From assembly GCA_965207065.1 (NCBI GenBank), contig OZ242260.1, positions 4,160,001 through 4,224,000 on the forward strand: a DNA stretch of 64,000 nucleotides. The letters run 5' to 3'. Positions 1-9,985 of this stretch are shown in pieces (the first letter of the stretch is position 1; each line of letters opens with the position of its first letter). The stretch is from a bacterium. Its GTDB lineage: Bacteria; UBA8248. The notes beneath the pieces are model-generated. The model worked only from the letters and a program-made list of their open reading frames with translations. It was not told the DNA's origin and searched no databases. The position numbers were made by a program, and so were the translations under genes.

Positions 1-501
1 ATGACGGGCGCGGTCAAGAACCTCTTCGGCTGCGTGGCGGGAAAAAGAAAGGCCTGGTGGCATTTCAAGGCCGGGACTTTCGAGGATTATTTCCCGCTCA
101 TGCTCGTCGAAACGGCGCGTTTGCTCAAGACGAGGCTCTCCGTACTGGACGCCGTCTTTGCGATGGAAGGCCAGGGACCCGCGCAGGGAACTCCCCGCAA
201 GGTGGGCCTCATCATCGCGAGCGCAGACCCGGTGGCGCTCGACCGCGTCGCCTGCGAGGTCACGGGACTCGCGCCCGAGAAACTGAGAACCCTGGAAGCC
301 GCCCGCGTAACGGGTTTCGGTGAAACGGATTTGAATAAAATTGATGTGGTGGGACTGCCACTTGAGGAAGCGAAACTCTCCAGTCCCCTGGTCGAGCCGA
401 GGATGATACCGATAGGCTTCAGCATCCCGCGCGTCGTCAAGAGCACGCTCAAGCAACAATGGCTCACGCGCGTGCGCGAACCCCTCCAGAAAGTTTCGTG
501 A
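1..501 (+). CDS. DUF362 domain protein (5'-truncated by window edge)
   Basis: TGAVKNLFG, LDAVFAMEGQGP, ASADPVALD motifs typical of DUF362. Confidence 0.8.
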   Translation: MTGAVKNLFGCVAGKRKAWWHFKAGTFEDYFPLMLVETARLLKTRLSVLDAVFAMEGQGPAQGTPRKVGLIIASADPVALDRVACEVTGLAPEKLRTLEAARVTGFGETDLNKIDVVGLPLEEAKLSSPLVEPRMIPIGFSIPRVVKSTLKQQWLTRVREPLQKVS

Positions 502-514
502 TTCTCAGCAGGGA

Positions 515-1288
515 TTAGATATTCGAGCGGCTTTGCGAGCCGTCCACGTTCCAGCAGGCCCCGTGCACGAGGCTCGCTCTCGGGCTGACCATGAAGACGG
601 CCACGGCGGAGAGTTCCTCGGGGCGGCCGAACCGGCCCAGCGGCATTTCTGAGTCGATGAAGCCCTTGAGGCCGTCGGGCGCCTCGTTCACCCGCCGCTC
701 CCAGACGCCGCCGGGGAATATGATGCTGCCCGGCGCAATCGAGTTCACGCGAATGTTGTCCTGCGCCGTCTGCTGGGCGAGCCCCTTGGAGAAGCTGATG
801 AGCGCCGCCTTGGAGGCGTTGTAGGTCATCGCGCCCTTCGATTCGCGCCCGTAGATGGAAGCGACGTTCAGGATGGAGCCGCCGCCTCTTTTTTTCATCT
901 CCGGTATCACGAGGCGCGAGAGCGTCACCGCGTGATAGAGGTTGAAACCGAACCCCTCGCGCCACTCCTCGTCCGTGATGTCGAGAAACGCCTTGGGATT
1001 GCTGCCTCCGACGTTGTTCACGAGAATGTCGACGGCGCCGAACGCATCGAGCGTCTTCCGCATGAAAGCATCGGGCACGCCTTCCTGGGTCACGTCGCCC
1101 ACGAAACCCGCCGCGCGTCCACCGCCCAGCGCGTTCAACTCATCGACCGCCTGGTTCAGGCGCTCCTCGCCCCGCGCGCTGATCGCCACGTGGCAGCCCT
1201 CTCCCACCAGATCTTTCGCGATGTGGAAGCCGAGCCCCCGGCTGCCGCCGGAGATCATCGCCACTTTATCGGTAAGCATCAAATCCAT
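515..1288 (-). CDS. SDR family oxidoreductase
   Basis: SGGSRGLG, NNVG, YNASK catalytic motif. Confidence 0.92.
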   Translation of the reverse strand: MDLMLTDKVAMISGGSRGLGFHIAKDLVGEGCHVAISARGEERLNQAVDELNALGGGRAAGFVGDVTQEGVPDAFMRKTLDAFGAVDILVNNVGGSNPKAFLDITDEEWREGFGFNLYHAVTLSRLVIPEMKKRGGGSILNVASIYGRESKGAMTYNASKAALISFSKGLAQQTAQDNIRVNSIAPGSIIFPGGVWERRVNEAPDGLKGFIDSEMPLGRFGRPEELSAVAVFMVSPRASLVHGACWNVDGSQSRSNI

Positions 1289-1358
1289 CGTTTTTTCTCC
1301 CGAACTGGTGAACGTCGGGACACCGAGCGAACAGCCCCGCGACGCATCGCACGACGTA

Positions 1359-2543
1359 TTATGCGGGCTCGTCCAGCGTCTGGGCGGCGCGCAGCAGCGT
1401 CATCGAGTCCGTCCCGTCGCCGTGCAGGAAGGTAAGGAGGTCGCGCATCATCTTCTCCGTCGGCGTCTCCTTCATGATGCCGATGCCGCCGAGAATGTCC
1501 GTGGCGAAGGCAATCGTCTTGAGCGCCACCTGATCGCTGAACACCTTTCCGTACCGCGTAAATCGCGTGTTGTAACTCTCATCGTTCTCCACGCCCCAGC
1601 AGATGCGCCACATGAACTGCTCAGCCACCTCGATGTTCATCAGCATCTCGGCGAGTTGGTGCTGAATCGTCTGATGCTCGATGATGGGCTTGCCGCCCTG
1701 GATGCGTTCTTTCGCGTGCTGGAGGCAGAAATTATAGATGCCGCGCGCAATGCCCGTATTGCACGCCGGAAGCTCGGCGCTGCCCCGGAACACCGTGCCG
1801 AAGGTGTAAAAACCCTTGTTCACCCCGCCCAGGATGTCGTCCTTGTGGACGCGCACGTTGTCGTAATAACTCTCGGCATTGGGATACAGCCTGTAGCCGA
1901 GCTTGTCGTGCACGTTGCCGTAAGAGACCCCCTCCTGATCACCACGTACGAGAAAGCAGCTGGTTCCCTGATGAAGCGGAACAGTGGGGTCCGTTCTCGC
2001 AAAGACCAGCAAAATCTGCGCCCAACTCGTGAGAGAAGTGAACCGTTTCGCACCGTTGATGATGTAGTAGTCGCCATCCTCGACCGCCGAGGTCTTGAGA
2101 CCCAGCTCGGGGTCGGACTGCCGGTAGATGTTGTCCGAGCCATAATCGGGTTCGGTGATGACGAACGAGCCCACGCAGTCGTGATCCTCCACGAACATCT
2201 TGCCCCACTTTTCGATCTGCGCCTCCGTGCCGCATTTGAAGATCGCGTTCGATATCTTCCAGCACTGGCTCAGGCACTTGATGACGCCGATCTCGATTTG
2301 CGCGCCCGTCCAGAGACAAAGGGCCTTGGTCGTCGTGTCGGCTCCGATGCCGCCATGTTCTTCCGGAACCGCCATGGTTCGAAGGCCGAGATGCGACGCC
2401 TTGTTGAGGAGTTCGCCCGGATAGCAATCCTTCGGGTCGGGCCGCCTGTCCATTTCCGCGGCGACGGGCGCGACCTCGCGCTCCATGAAATCCCGGGTCA
2501 GATCGGCCAGGGCCAGTTGTTCTTCGGTGAATGGGTATTGCAT
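1359..2543 (-). CDS. Acyl-CoA dehydrogenase family protein
   Basis: ITEPDYGSD, INGAKRFTS, RIQGGKPI, LGGIG motifs; GGAGG RBS. Confidence 0.88.
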   Translation of the reverse strand: MQYPFTEEQLALADLTRDFMEREVAPVAAEMDRRPDPKDCYPGELLNKASHLGLRTMAVPEEHGGIGADTTTKALCLWTGAQIEIGVIKCLSQCWKISNAIFKCGTEAQIEKWGKMFVEDHDCVGSFVITEPDYGSDNIYRQSDPELGLKTSAVEDGDYYIINGAKRFTSLTSWAQILLVFARTDPTVPLHQGTSCFLVRGDQEGVSYGNVHDKLGYRLYPNAESYYDNVRVHKDDILGGVNKGFYTFGTVFRGSAELPACNTGIARGIYNFCLQHAKERIQGGKPIIEHQTIQHQLAEMLMNIEVAEQFMWRICWGVENDESYNTRFTRYGKVFSDQVALKTIAFATDILGGIGIMKETPTEKMMRDLLTFLHGDGTDSMTLLRAAQTLDEPA

Positions 2544-2651
2544 AACTCCTCCAAATCATTGAGAAGAATTCTCATCATGAATATGTGCGTATTCCTTGGT
2601 TATCCTCTCGCGCCCATAGTGTCAACTTCAAATTGCCTGACTCTCACACCC

Positions 2652-4319
2652 TCAGGCGTTCGCATGGCGCGTTGCCGCTTCGCGTAATTTATCGGATATG
2701 GGGACTCTTTCGTGCACAGGCATCCCACCGGCCCCCATTGACACATGAATGTTGGCCAGCCAGTTCTCATCGTCACGCTCAGGATAATCAGACCTCGTAT
2801 GCGCCCCCCGGCTCTCTGCCCGCATGGACATCGCGCCCAGCATCGCCTCGGCCGTGAGGCACATGAGCCTCGCCTGCGCATGGCGCGAGACGAGCGCCTC
2901 AGCGGGCGTCAGCACCTTGATTCTTTCTTTTTGAGCGGCGATTCTCACCAGTCCATCCGCCAGCGCCTCCGAAGCCCGCTCGATGCCGCCGGCGGAAAAC
3001 ATGACGTCTCGAATCTCTTTTTCGATTTCATCGAGCTGCGCTTCACCCGCCTCATCAGCGCCATTCGCGCCCGTCTCTTTCTTCTCCGGCGGTCCGCCTT
3101 CTCCTTCGACATGAGCGGCGGCCCGGCCCGCCCGGTCACCCATGACGGCGCACACGGTGAGGCCCCCGCTCGCCAGACGATTCGCCCCGTGGAGACCCCC
3201 GCCGTTCTCACCGGCGGCGAAGAGGCCGTCCACGCCCGTCCGCCCATTCGTATCGATGATGACGCCACCCATGCAAGAGTGTGCGGCGGGAGCGATTTCT
3301 ATCGGTTCTTTTCGCACGTCGAGGCCCGCCGCCTCGAAATCATCGATGATCTCACCCATCACGTCCCGAAGTCCTTCGTAGGACACCTCCGTCAAATCGA
3401 GATAAAGACCGCCGTTTTCGGTGCCTCTTCCCTCGACAATCTCGCGGTGCATCGCGCGGGAGAGAACGTCGCGCTTGGCGTGCTCCATGTCATCGGGCGC
3501 ATAGCGGGCCATGAAACGCTCATTCAGGCTGTTGCGCAACCGTGTTTCCGGGAAAGAGAGCGCCATGCCGCCTGAGTTTCTGCCTCTGAGCTGCGGCGGA
3601 TGGGCCATCGCCGTCGGCGTGAACTGCACGAACTCCATATCGCGCAAGCGTGCGCCGGCGTCCAGAGCCGCCCCATAGCCGACGCCCGCGACGCCCGGCG
3701 CATTCGTCGTGATGGGGTACATCCCTCCCAATCCACCCATTGCGAGAACCGTGGCGCGCGCATGCACCCGCACCAAATCTCCGCTTCCCTCTTCTTGAAA
3801 ATCAGCCCCTACAACCCTCCCGCCTTCATCGCGAAGCAGTCCGATGAAGGACAGCTCCTCCAGAATGCGCGCTCCACTCTGCGCGAGCCGCGCACCCAGA
3901 ATCATCATCATCCGGGGTCCGCCGCCCGGCACGCGCGCCCCTCGTGGATAGGTATGCCCGGGGAGTTTCGTCGGCGTCATCCGCCCGTTTTTCTCCAGGA
4001 AGGGCACCACGAATGCGCGCAGACGTTCTATCGCCGCGCCCGATTCCGCTGCGACCGTACGCACCAAGGCCGGGTCGGACATAAACCACCCGCTGCGATA
4101 ATTATCCGACACCATGGTTTCCACGGAATCTTCCGGCAGGGAGAAGCCATCCAGTATGGTTGCAAATACGCCGCCCGCGCGCGCGGAATTTCCCGTCAGG
4201 CCGGCCTCACCCTTCATGGCGATGCAGACGTCCGCCCCTTCTTCGCGTGCGGCCAGAGCGGCCAGCGTTCCGGCCAGCCCTCCGCCTGCGACCAACACAT
4301 CCGTACGTATCTCTTCCAC
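2652..4319 (-). CDS. FAD-dependent oxidoreductase, SdhA/FrdA/NadB flavoprotein family
   Basis: GGGLAG, DMEFVQFTPT, AHSCMGG, HGANRL, ESRGAHTRSDYP; GTG start after GGAGGA. Confidence 0.85.
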   Translation of the reverse strand: MEEIRTDVLVAGGGLAGTLAALAAREEGADVCIAMKGEAGLTGNSARAGGVFATILDGFSLPEDSVETMVSDNYRSGWFMSDPALVRTVAAESGAAIERLRAFVVPFLEKNGRMTPTKLPGHTYPRGARVPGGGPRMMMILGARLAQSGARILEELSFIGLLRDEGGRVVGADFQEEGSGDLVRVHARATVLAMGGLGGMYPITTNAPGVAGVGYGAALDAGARLRDMEFVQFTPTAMAHPPQLRGRNSGGMALSFPETRLRNSLNERFMARYAPDDMEHAKRDVLSRAMHREIVEGRGTENGGLYLDLTEVSYEGLRDVMGEIIDDFEAAGLDVRKEPIEIAPAAHSCMGGVIIDTNGRTGVDGLFAAGENGGGLHGANRLASGGLTVCAVMGDRAGRAAAHVEGEGGPPEKKETGANGADEAGEAQLDEIEKEIRDVMFSAGGIERASEALADGLVRIAAQKERIKVLTPAEALVSRHAQARLMCLTAEAMLGAMSMRAESRGAHTRSDYPERDDENWLANIHVSMGAGGMPVHERVPISDKLREAATRHANA

Positions 4320-4333
4320 GATTCCTCCGAAGA

Positions 4334-5023
4334 TCAAGCAGCGGGATAAGGGAGCGGGTCGCGCTCCCCGATTTCATCGAATCCCTTACGCCTCAGGATG
4401 CAGGCGTCGCACGAACCGCAGGGCCGCCCCTCATCCAGCGGATCGTAACAGGTGTGGGTGAGAGAAAAATCCACTCCCAGTTCCAGACCCTTGCGCGCGA
4501 TGTCGGACTTTCGCATCGCACTCAAAGGCGTATGAATTTCGAGAGGCGCGCCCCTAACGCCCGATTTTGTCGCCAGGCGCGCCATTTGCACATAGGCGTC
4601 TATGTATTCCGGGCGGCAGTCGGGATACCCCGAATAATCGAGCGCATTCACACCGATGAAGATATCGCTCGCACCCTTCACCTCGGCCAGCGCGAGCGCA
4701 TAGCTTAAAAAAATGGTGTTCCGCGCAGGCACATAGGTTACCGGTATGCCCTCTCCGATATCGCCGCGCTCCTTGGGGACTTCGATGTCGTCCGTTAATG
4801 CGCTTCCGCCGATGGGGCGCATGTCGATGGACAAAACGGTGTGGCCGGACACGCCGATTTGCTGCGCCACTTTTCGGGCGGCCATCAACTCGCAGCGGTG
4901 TCTTTGCCCATAGTCGAAACTGAGCGCCTCGCAGTCGAATCCCTCCCGTTTCGCGATGGCCAGAACGACGGCCGAATCCATGCCGCCGCTTAAGAGGACG
5001 ACCGCCACTCTTTTCTCGTCCAT
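4334..5023 (-). CDS. queC: 7-cyano-7-deazaguanine synthase
   Basis: LSGGMDS, DYGQRH, TYVPARN, YPDCRPE, CGSCDAC; start trimmed to MDEKRVAV. Confidence 0.95.
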   Translation of the reverse strand: MDEKRVAVVLLSGGMDSAVVLAIAKREGFDCEALSFDYGQRHRCELMAARKVAQQIGVSGHTVLSIDMRPIGGSALTDDIEVPKERGDIGEGIPVTYVPARNTIFLSYALALAEVKGASDIFIGVNALDYSGYPDCRPEYIDAYVQMARLATKSGVRGAPLEIHTPLSAMRKSDIARKGLELGVDFSLTHTCYDPLDEGRPCGSCDACILRRKGFDEIGERDPLPYPAA

Positions 5024-5143
5024 GCGCAATTTCCCGTCCATGACCGCTCGGATGAGCCATTCTGCGAAAAACCGCATAATAGGGTATTCTTGGAGTTCGG
5101 CAAAGGCGAAATGCGTGTTTTTCTCAACCCAAAGGAGCGGACG

Positions 5144-5944
5144 ATGCCCGTGGCGACTGTGAACGGCGTGAACCTCACATACACCGTGAAAGGAGACGGC
5201 GCGCCCCTGGTCGCGATGCACGGATTCGCCAACTCCATATACACCTGGGAGCCGGTGATGGATGCGCTCGCCGGCCGCTTTCAGGCCTTCGCCTACGATC
5301 ACAGAGGCCACGGGGGATCGAGCAAGCGACAGGGCCCATTTGGTATCGAAACCCTCACCGATGACCTGCTCGCCCTTCTCAACTTCTGGGGGCTCGACAG
5401 GGTCCACCTCATGGGGCACAGCATGGGCGGGCGAACCGCCCTGTTATTCGCTCTCGAGCACCCGGAGAGGGTCGACAGCCTGATGCTCGTCGCCTCATCC
5501 GCCGCGGCGCCCGAAGGAGAAATGAGGGGACGATTCGAGTTTTTGCGAAAGCTGGCGCTCGATGAGGGGATAGAAGCAGCCCTTGCGAGCGAGGGGATGC
5601 AGGCGACGCTGCCCCGGGACTACGTCGACGGAGCGAGCGCGGAAGAATTCAGAAAGCGATTCCTCAAGAACACCCCGGAGGATTACGCCGCAGCGGTGGA
5701 CGCCATCCTTGACACGCCGGACATGAGGGATCGCCTGGGAGAAATCCACGTACCCACCTGGGTCTGCGTGGGCGAAGGGGACGCCGGGGCGATGGCTTAT
5801 GGGGAGATATTCGAAGAGCGAATCCCTGGTTGCGTCAGAACGATCATCCCCGCCTGCGGGCATTTTCCGATGCAGGATGCGCCCGAGGCTTTTTGCGCCG
5901 CGTTCGATGACTTCGTCGAGACGGCGATTGATGCGGATTCATAA
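5144..5944 (+). CDS. Alpha/beta fold hydrolase
   Basis: DHRGHG, GHSMGG, C-terminal GHF; AAGGAG RBS. Confidence 0.9.
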   Translation: MPVATVNGVNLTYTVKGDGAPLVAMHGFANSIYTWEPVMDALAGRFQAFAYDHRGHGGSSKRQGPFGIETLTDDLLALLNFWGLDRVHLMGHSMGGRTALLFALEHPERVDSLMLVASSAAAPEGEMRGRFEFLRKLALDEGIEAALASEGMQATLPRDYVDGASAEEFRKRFLKNTPEDYAAAVDAILDTPDMRDRLGEIHVPTWVCVGEGDAGAMAYGEIFEERIPGCVRTIIPACGHFPMQDAPEAFCAAFDDFVETAIDADS

Positions 5945-5955
5945 GGAGAACCTCC

Positions 5956-6357
5956 ATGACGCATGACGAGGCGCTGGCCTTCCTGAACGAGCAGCACTAC
6001 GGCGTCCTGAGCACCCTGCTCGAGGACGGGAGATCGCACCCCACGCCCATTGTGTTCGATTACGCAGACGGCGTCGCGGAGATATCCATGACGTGGAACC
6101 GCGTGAAGGCCAGGAATCTCAAGCGCGACCCCAGGGCCACGCTTTGCGTGATGCCGCAGGAGAGCTTCTACCCCTACCTATGCGCGGAAGGCGAGGTCGA
6201 ACTCGTCGAAGACCCCGACGGCGCGAAAAACCTCGACCTCTACCGTCGCATCACCGGAAAGGACCCGGACGACCTCGACGAGTACCTGCAAGCGATGAAA
6301 AACGAGAAACGCCTCGTGGCGAGGCTGAGCGTCACGCGCATGTATCCGGTTGGGTGA
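5956..6357 (+). CDS. PPOX-class (F420-dependent-like) oxidoreductase
   Basis: LSTLLEDGRSHPTP, KARNLKRDPRATL motifs. Confidence 0.8.
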   Translation: MTHDEALAFLNEQHYGVLSTLLEDGRSHPTPIVFDYADGVAEISMTWNRVKARNLKRDPRATLCVMPQESFYPYLCAEGEVELVEDPDGAKNLDLYRRITGKDPDDLDEYLQAMKNEKRLVARLSVTRMYPVG

Positions 6358-6453
6358 GTTGGGTGGGGTGTTGTGCACTGATTATTGACATTAAAATGGA
6401 TTGTTTGAGTCTACCTGCAATCCTAAATGTAAAGATAAAGGGCTATTGAAATT

Positions 6454-7599
6454 ATGAAATACGACGTAATCACTCTTGATACAAACATATTTCGTGACAA
6501 GGGATGGAATCTTGAAGGGGGCATATTAGGGCAGTTGGCACAATTCAAGGAAGGGCCAGTCCAATTCGTCTTATCAGAAATAGTTGTCAGAGAAATCTAC
6601 AAATACCTCAAGATTGAGGCAAAAAATGCTCATGAGGCTATCGACAAAGCAAACCGAGAATCCCGGAAGAATGGTTTGTTTAGCCCTGAAATTTCAGAAC
6701 AGTTAGACAGTTTATCCAAAACGGCTCTCACGGCTGATAATGCTGCGAAACAACGCCTCCAATCATTTGCTGACATGACAGGCATGGGATGGATACCAGC
6801 AGAAAAGGCCGAAATAAAGGACCTCATTTTGCGTTATTTTAAGCCTTCCGCCCCTTTCGAAACATCAGGCAATAAAAAGAATGAATTCCCAGATGCCATC
6901 GCCCTTCTATCCTTGGAGAAATTCGCGGAGTCAGAGCAAAAAAATATACTGGCAATTTCCAAAGATACCGGATGGGTCAATTTTGCAAAAAGTTCAAAGT
7001 GGATCGAAATTGAAGAAGATATCGCAGAGGCGCTTCAGATATTGCAACAGCACAGAGAAGAAGCCATGATGATAATAGCTTCGTTGCTATCAGAGATGAG
7101 CAAAGGCAACCAATCCAACCTTTTCAAAGAAATCAGTGACGCCATGAGTGTGGCAGTTAATGATATGACTGTATATCCTGAAGCAAGTTCGGCATTCCCC
7201 ATTCAACCAGACTGGGCGTTCATGTCTTTCCAAGATTTTATATTTATCGAATTTGAAGAGGAGTACGATTTTACAGTTGTGCAAATCGGCAATGCCAAAA
7301 TTGTTGCTCTAGTTGCTGTTACTATTCAGGCTAAGGCCGAGTGTGAATTTACATTTTCGAATTGGGATTCTACTGACAAAGAATACTTTCCAATAGGAAG
7401 CACCTGTGCAGAGACCGATGTAGAATTCGATGCTGTTGCTCTCATTACATTTGAGGGCAACTTCTCACCCGACAAACTAAGAGTTAAATTGTCGAATTTG
7501 GAACTGGTAGAAACGATTGACACTGTAGATTTCGGCTTAGTGGAAATCGACTATAGCGACAATGTGTACGATGATGACTATTCGAAAAACATATTCTAA
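6454..7599 (+). CDS. PIN domain protein (DUF4935-like), low GC
   Basis: LDTNIF, E at SEIVVRE, KNEFPDA, ISKDTG acidic tetrad pattern. Confidence 0.75.
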   Translation: MKYDVITLDTNIFRDKGWNLEGGILGQLAQFKEGPVQFVLSEIVVREIYKYLKIEAKNAHEAIDKANRESRKNGLFSPEISEQLDSLSKTALTADNAAKQRLQSFADMTGMGWIPAEKAEIKDLILRYFKPSAPFETSGNKKNEFPDAIALLSLEKFAESEQKNILAISKDTGWVNFAKSSKWIEIEEDIAEALQILQQHREEAMMIIASLLSEMSKGNQSNLFKEISDAMSVAVNDMTVYPEASSAFPIQPDWAFMSFQDFIFIEFEEEYDFTVVQIGNAKIVALVAVTIQAKAECEFTFSNWDSTDKEYFPIGSTCAETDVEFDAVALITFEGNFSPDKLRVKLSNLELVETIDTVDFGLVEIDYSDNVYDDDYSKNIF

Positions 7600-7872
7600 A
7601 TATAATCCTGTCTTGAAGCCCGATTCTTCTATGCTACTGTAATGCTAACTGTGGTCTCAGCAATATGATGCTACGTGAGGCAGTGATAAACTTTCTGGAC
7701 CATTCTCAATTATCGTTTCTAGAGTGCTTTCCTGGTCGTGAAAATTACTAACCATTCTATCCACGCCATCTCTTCTCAGTTTAATGCTATCATTCTAAGC
7801 GAATTCTTTGCGACTTGGAGGGGTATGCCTGCATCGACAATTTTAGAAATTTTATCACGGAGATAATACCTC

Positions 7873-8469
7873 ATGATGGATACGCTTACTACTTATTTGC
7901 CTACTTTCCTTGCAAGTGGTACTAGCGTAGCTCTTGTGTCATTGGGACTAGAATACTGGAGACACGGGCGTTCCCGAAAAGATCGCGTTCGCCACTTGGC
8001 ACTTAGGATAGTATTTTCCCTAGAAGGATATGCGATTGAATGTGGCGAGAAGCTAAGTGACCACAAGCTGGCTATGGACCATGACGGTAATGCTGGCAAA
8101 TATATGAGCAATGTACCGCAACCTCCGTCATTTCCCGACAGTCTCGACTATGCACTCATGAAATCCGAAATCTTGGAAGCGATCCTTGACTTTCCGCAAC
8201 GGTGCCAAATGGCTGACCGGGAGCCTGCATTTTGGTGGGATGTCATCGCTGACATTGATTGCGTGCGCAATGCGGCCTCAGAAAATACAGTCAAAATGGG
8301 AGCGCGCGCAATTCAACTCGCACAGTGTATTCGCAAGGAATACAAACTACCGGAGAGAAACCTTACCTTCGGAAAATGGGACATTGTTGAGTTCTTTGAA
8401 ATTGAAATTAGCCGAATTTCTGAGTTGGATTCCAGACGTGCTGCAACTGTACCAAATACGTCGAACTAA
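7873..8469 (+). CDS. Hypothetical protein with N-terminal hydrophobic segment, low GC
   Basis: 198-aa ORF, GGAG upstream, no recognisable motif. Confidence 0.6.
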   Translation: MMDTLTTYLPTFLASGTSVALVSLGLEYWRHGRSRKDRVRHLALRIVFSLEGYAIECGEKLSDHKLAMDHDGNAGKYMSNVPQPPSFPDSLDYALMKSEILEAILDFPQRCQMADREPAFWWDVIADIDCVRNAASENTVKMGARAIQLAQCIRKEYKLPERNLTFGKWDIVEFFEIEISRISELDSRRAATVPNTSN

Positions 8470-8620
8470 TCACTTCTCAACGCTACAAAACTCAGAACGT
8501 GCAAATTGAGCTAGAGGGAACGAAGAAGGGTAGGTAATACCCGTGGTACCTACGCAAATCCCATCCCCCGTTTCATGCTATAATCCGGCGCTAACCCATC
8601 ACACAGAGGGAGGATGCCTC

Positions 8621-8935
8621 ATGGCCGTTACCGCAGTAGTCCGCTTCCCGTTTCCCGATGTTAAAACCGAGGAGGAGTTGATCGCGTCTTTCGAGAGTTC
8701 CTCGGCCCTTTACCGCGACGTACCGGGCCTCTTGCGCAAATACTATCTGATGTCCGAAGACCGCAGGTCAGGCGGCGGGGTCTATATCTTCGAGACGCGC
8801 GCCGACGCCGAGCGGGTCCACGACGAGGTGTGGCGCGCCAGGCTGATCGAACGCATGGGAGTCGAACCCGACGTCCAGTACTTCGACTCGCCCGTCATCG
8901 TCGACAACGAAGCCAGGGCCGCCACCACGGCATAA
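8621..8935 (+). CDS. YdhR-family putative monooxygenase (copy 1)
   Basis: YRDVPGLLRKYY, GGGVYIFET; GGAGG RBS. Confidence 0.8.
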   Translation: MAVTAVVRFPFPDVKTEEELIASFESSSALYRDVPGLLRKYYLMSEDRRSGGGVYIFETRADAERVHDEVWRARLIERMGVEPDVQYFDSPVIVDNEARAATTA

Positions 8936-8946
8936 GGAGGACGTTC

Positions 8947-9264
8947 ATGGCCGTCACCGCAATCGTTCGCTTCACGCTTCCCGAGGGAAAGACCCAAGAG
9001 GAGATGGCCGCGGCCTTCGAGCACTCGGCCCCACTCTACCGCGACGTGCCGGGTCTGGTGCGAAAATACTACCTGGTGTCGGACGACGTGCGCACCGGCG
9101 GCGGGGTCTACCTGTTCGAGTCGCGCGAGGACGCCGAGCGGCTCTATGACGACGCCTGGCGCGCCGGGATACGCGAGCGCCTGGGAGTCGAGCCCACGAT
9201 CGAATACTTCACCTCGCCCGTCATCGTCGACAACGAAGTCGGAGCGATTTCGACAGCGTCCTAG
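8947..9264 (+). CDS. YdhR-family putative monooxygenase (copy 2)
   Basis: YRDVPGLVRKYY, GGGVYLFES; AAGGAGG RBS; paralog of upstream gene. Confidence 0.8.
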   Translation: MAVTAIVRFTLPEGKTQEEMAAAFEHSAPLYRDVPGLVRKYYLVSDDVRTGGGVYLFESREDAERLYDDAWRAGIRERLGVEPTIEYFTSPVIVDNEVGAISTAS

Positions 9265-9364
9265 CGTCTCGGCGATTCGCGCTCTTTTCCTAGCTCGCCC
9301 AGGGGAGGAGATACGTTCGTTCACGTTCCATTGATGGAATGTCCAATTAAAGCCGGGAGGTAGT

Positions 9365-9976
9365 ATGTTCCGGGCCAATGTGCTGACGCTCTACCTCGTC
9401 TTCCTGGTGTTTGCCGTGGGCGGGAGAATCGCGCTTCACTACCTGGCCACCGGAGATCACGGTATACGGACGGTGAAGCCAAGCGCTTCCAGGATAGCCA
9501 AAAGCGCAAGTTTCCTGCTGCTCACCTCATTCATTGCGACGTTCGCTCTCTCAATCCTCGATGCGATTGGAACGGTTCAGCCGCAAGTCGATCTCGGCGA
9601 GTCCGCGAACACGATCGGCGCGAGTATCTCGCTGGCCGGAATCGCGCTCATGGTCGTCTCGCAATACCAGATGGGAGTTTCGTGGAGATTCGGCGTCGAT
9701 CAAGACGAGAAAACCGATTTGGTGATGAGGGGCCTCTACTCGCTCGCAAGGAATCCGATCTATAGCGGCGTGTTCCTGTTCTACATCGGCCTGCTGGTGT
9801 TGCTACCCCACATATTGATGCTGTTATTTATCACCATGACTTGTTTAAGCATCGAGATGCAGGTGCGCTTCGTCGAGGAGCCGCACCTTCGTGACTTACA
9901 CGGCGCTGCTTACGAGAAATACGCCGAGCAGACGGGGCGTTATTTCCCGAGATTCCTTCGCAACTCCGGACGATAG
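9365..9976 (+). CDS. Isoprenylcysteine carboxyl methyltransferase (ICMT/PEMT) family membrane protein
   Basis: LVMRGLYSLARNPIY, EEPHL, YEKY...RYFP. Confidence 0.85.
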   Translation: MFRANVLTLYLVFLVFAVGGRIALHYLATGDHGIRTVKPSASRIAKSASFLLLTSFIATFALSILDAIGTVQPQVDLGESANTIGASISLAGIALMVVSQYQMGVSWRFGVDQDEKTDLVMRGLYSLARNPIYSGVFLFYIGLLVLLPHILMLLFITMTCLSIEMQVRFVEEPHLRDLHGAAYEKYAEQTGRYFPRFLRNSGR

Positions 9977-9985
9977 GGGAATATT

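Noticed and set aside
5024-5143. preQ1 riboswitch upstream of queC; also T-box before tyrS and Moco RNA before moaB
   Set aside because: No recognisable consensus elements in these leaders
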